Below, piece after piece: positions 21,086-22,086 of a stretch of DNA of 22,086 bases. Both the position numbers and the translations under genes were made by a program. The number at the start of each line of letters is the position of its first letter. The stretch's first letter is position 1. The notes below the pieces were generated by a model. That model was not told where the DNA came from. It searched no databases and was given only the letters and a program-made list of their open reading frames with translations. Source of the DNA: Octopus sinensis (lineage: Eukaryota); contig NW_021823612.1 of assembly GCF_006345805.1 (NCBI RefSeq), forward strand, positions 1 to 22,086, read 5' to 3'.

Positions 21086-21250
21086 GGCGCAGGCATAGCC
21101 GGTGTGATAGGAGACTTGCTTCCCAACTGTATTGTTCCGGGTTCATTCCCACTGCGTAGCACGTTCGGCAAGTGTCTTCTTCTATAGCCTTGGGCAGACC
21201 AAAGCCATATGAGTGGATTTGGGAGAAGAAAACTGAAACACGTCCGCCAC
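21086..21250 (+). mobile_element. SINE family A, head half
   Basis: GGCGCAGGCATAGCCGGTGTG...GGGTTCATTCCCACTGCG...GAGTGGATTTGG...AAACTGAAA. Confidence 0.85.
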
Positions 21251-21312
21251 ATATGTGTGTGTGTGTGTGTGTGGGTGTGTGTGTGTTTGTGTGTATGTCT
21301 GTGTGTGTATAA

Positions 21313-21546
21313 AGGCAGCGAGCTGGCAGAAACGTTAGCAGGCCGGGCGAAATGCGTAGCCGTATTTCGTCTGTCGTTACATTCTGAGTTCAAATTCCAC
21401 CGAAGTCGACTTTGCCTTTCATCCTTTCGGGGTCGATAAATTAAGTACCAGTTACGCACTGGGGTCGATGTAATCGACTTAATCCGTTTGTCTGTCCTTG
21501 ATGTCTTCTCTGTGTTTAGCCTCGTGTGGGTAGTAAAGAAATAGGT
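21313..21546 (+). mobile_element. SINE family B, full length, type-1 tail
   Basis: Highly similar to 8214-8448. Confidence 0.9.
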
Positions 21547-21589
21547 ATATTTATATATATATGTTATTATTATTATTATTATTATTATT

Positions 21590-21848
21590 GTTTTTACGTA
21601 TTATTTTTGTATTCATATTCGTGTACATCGATCGTCCGTTTTTCTGTCCTTGTTTTGTATACATTCGAAGCTTTCTTTCCCAGGAATCTAATGCGCTTAG
21701 CTCATGTTTTCCTTGGGCTGGCGAGATTGGAGCAATCTCAAGATTATCAGTCGAATTGCGAGGATGATCCGGTTCTTGACTGAAGATTGAAGGCTTCGAT
21801 TTCCGTCCGTGATTTTTGCATCGTCTTCTAAATGAAAGAAGTTCGTCG

Positions 21849-21850
<2 letters not shown>
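21590..21850 (+). mobile_element. T-rich unclassified element abutting (TA)n, architecture like 5945-6420
   Basis: CGATCGTCC and TTTTGTATACAT motifs, a hairpin plus GAA module, CTGAAGA at 21780-21786, then (TA)n. Confidence 0.35.
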
Positions 21851-21898
<48 letters not shown>

Positions 21899-21983
21899 CT
21901 ATATCTAGAAAGAAGCAACAAATGGATTAGTTTTTAGTACAATTGTTTCATACAAAGACAGGCTTTATTAAAAGTTGCAAATA

Positions 21984-22086
21984 TTGCAGCAGATAAAAGA
22001 CATATGAGTTCCCTAAACATCTTAGATGTTTAGGGAACTCATATGTGTTTTAGCTGATGAGTACGGGACACTTTTATCTGCTGCAA
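21984..22086. repeat. long inverted repeat (head-to-head junction)
   Basis: Perfect 23-bp arms at 22000-22022 and 22024-22046 around one T; perfect 16-bp outer arms at 21984-21999 and 22071-22086; 24 extra nt (22047-22070) only in the right arm. Confidence 0.97.
22047..22086 (+). ncRNA. 5' part of a type I hammerhead ribozyme (runs off the window; the 3' part is visible in the inverted copy at 21932-21999, minus strand)
   Basis: TTTTAG-CTGATGA-GTACGGGACA... joined to the inverted copy's ...TGTCTTTGTAT-GAAA-CAATTG-TA-CTAAAA gives stems I, II and III with an intact core. Confidence 0.7.

Overview
AT-rich eukaryotic non-coding DNA, intergenic or deep-intronic. The SINE set and microsatellite load point to a coleoid cephalopod, most likely Octopus; this is an inference from recognised repeat motifs, not a search. 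I found no intact host protein-coding gene, rRNA, genuine tRNA gene or CRISPR array. Almost all listed ORFs are artefacts of microsatellites or SINEs. The window holds three tRNA-derived SINE families (labelled A, B and C here, some nested or tandem), two TA-flanked pogo/Tigger-type MITEs, an internally deleted hAT element, and a dead mariner with intact TIRs. It also holds 5'-truncated R4/Dong and Tx1-like LINE ends stacked in (TAA)n/(GATA)n arrays, and an unclassified dispersed repeat. The most interesting signal is a set of minimal, Penelope-type hammerhead-ribozyme motifs next to microsatellites. The best example is split across the two arms of a long palindrome at the right edge (21905-22086), and it makes a testable prediction for the sequence just beyond the window. 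Boundaries of degenerate repeats are approximate (about 10-20 nt).
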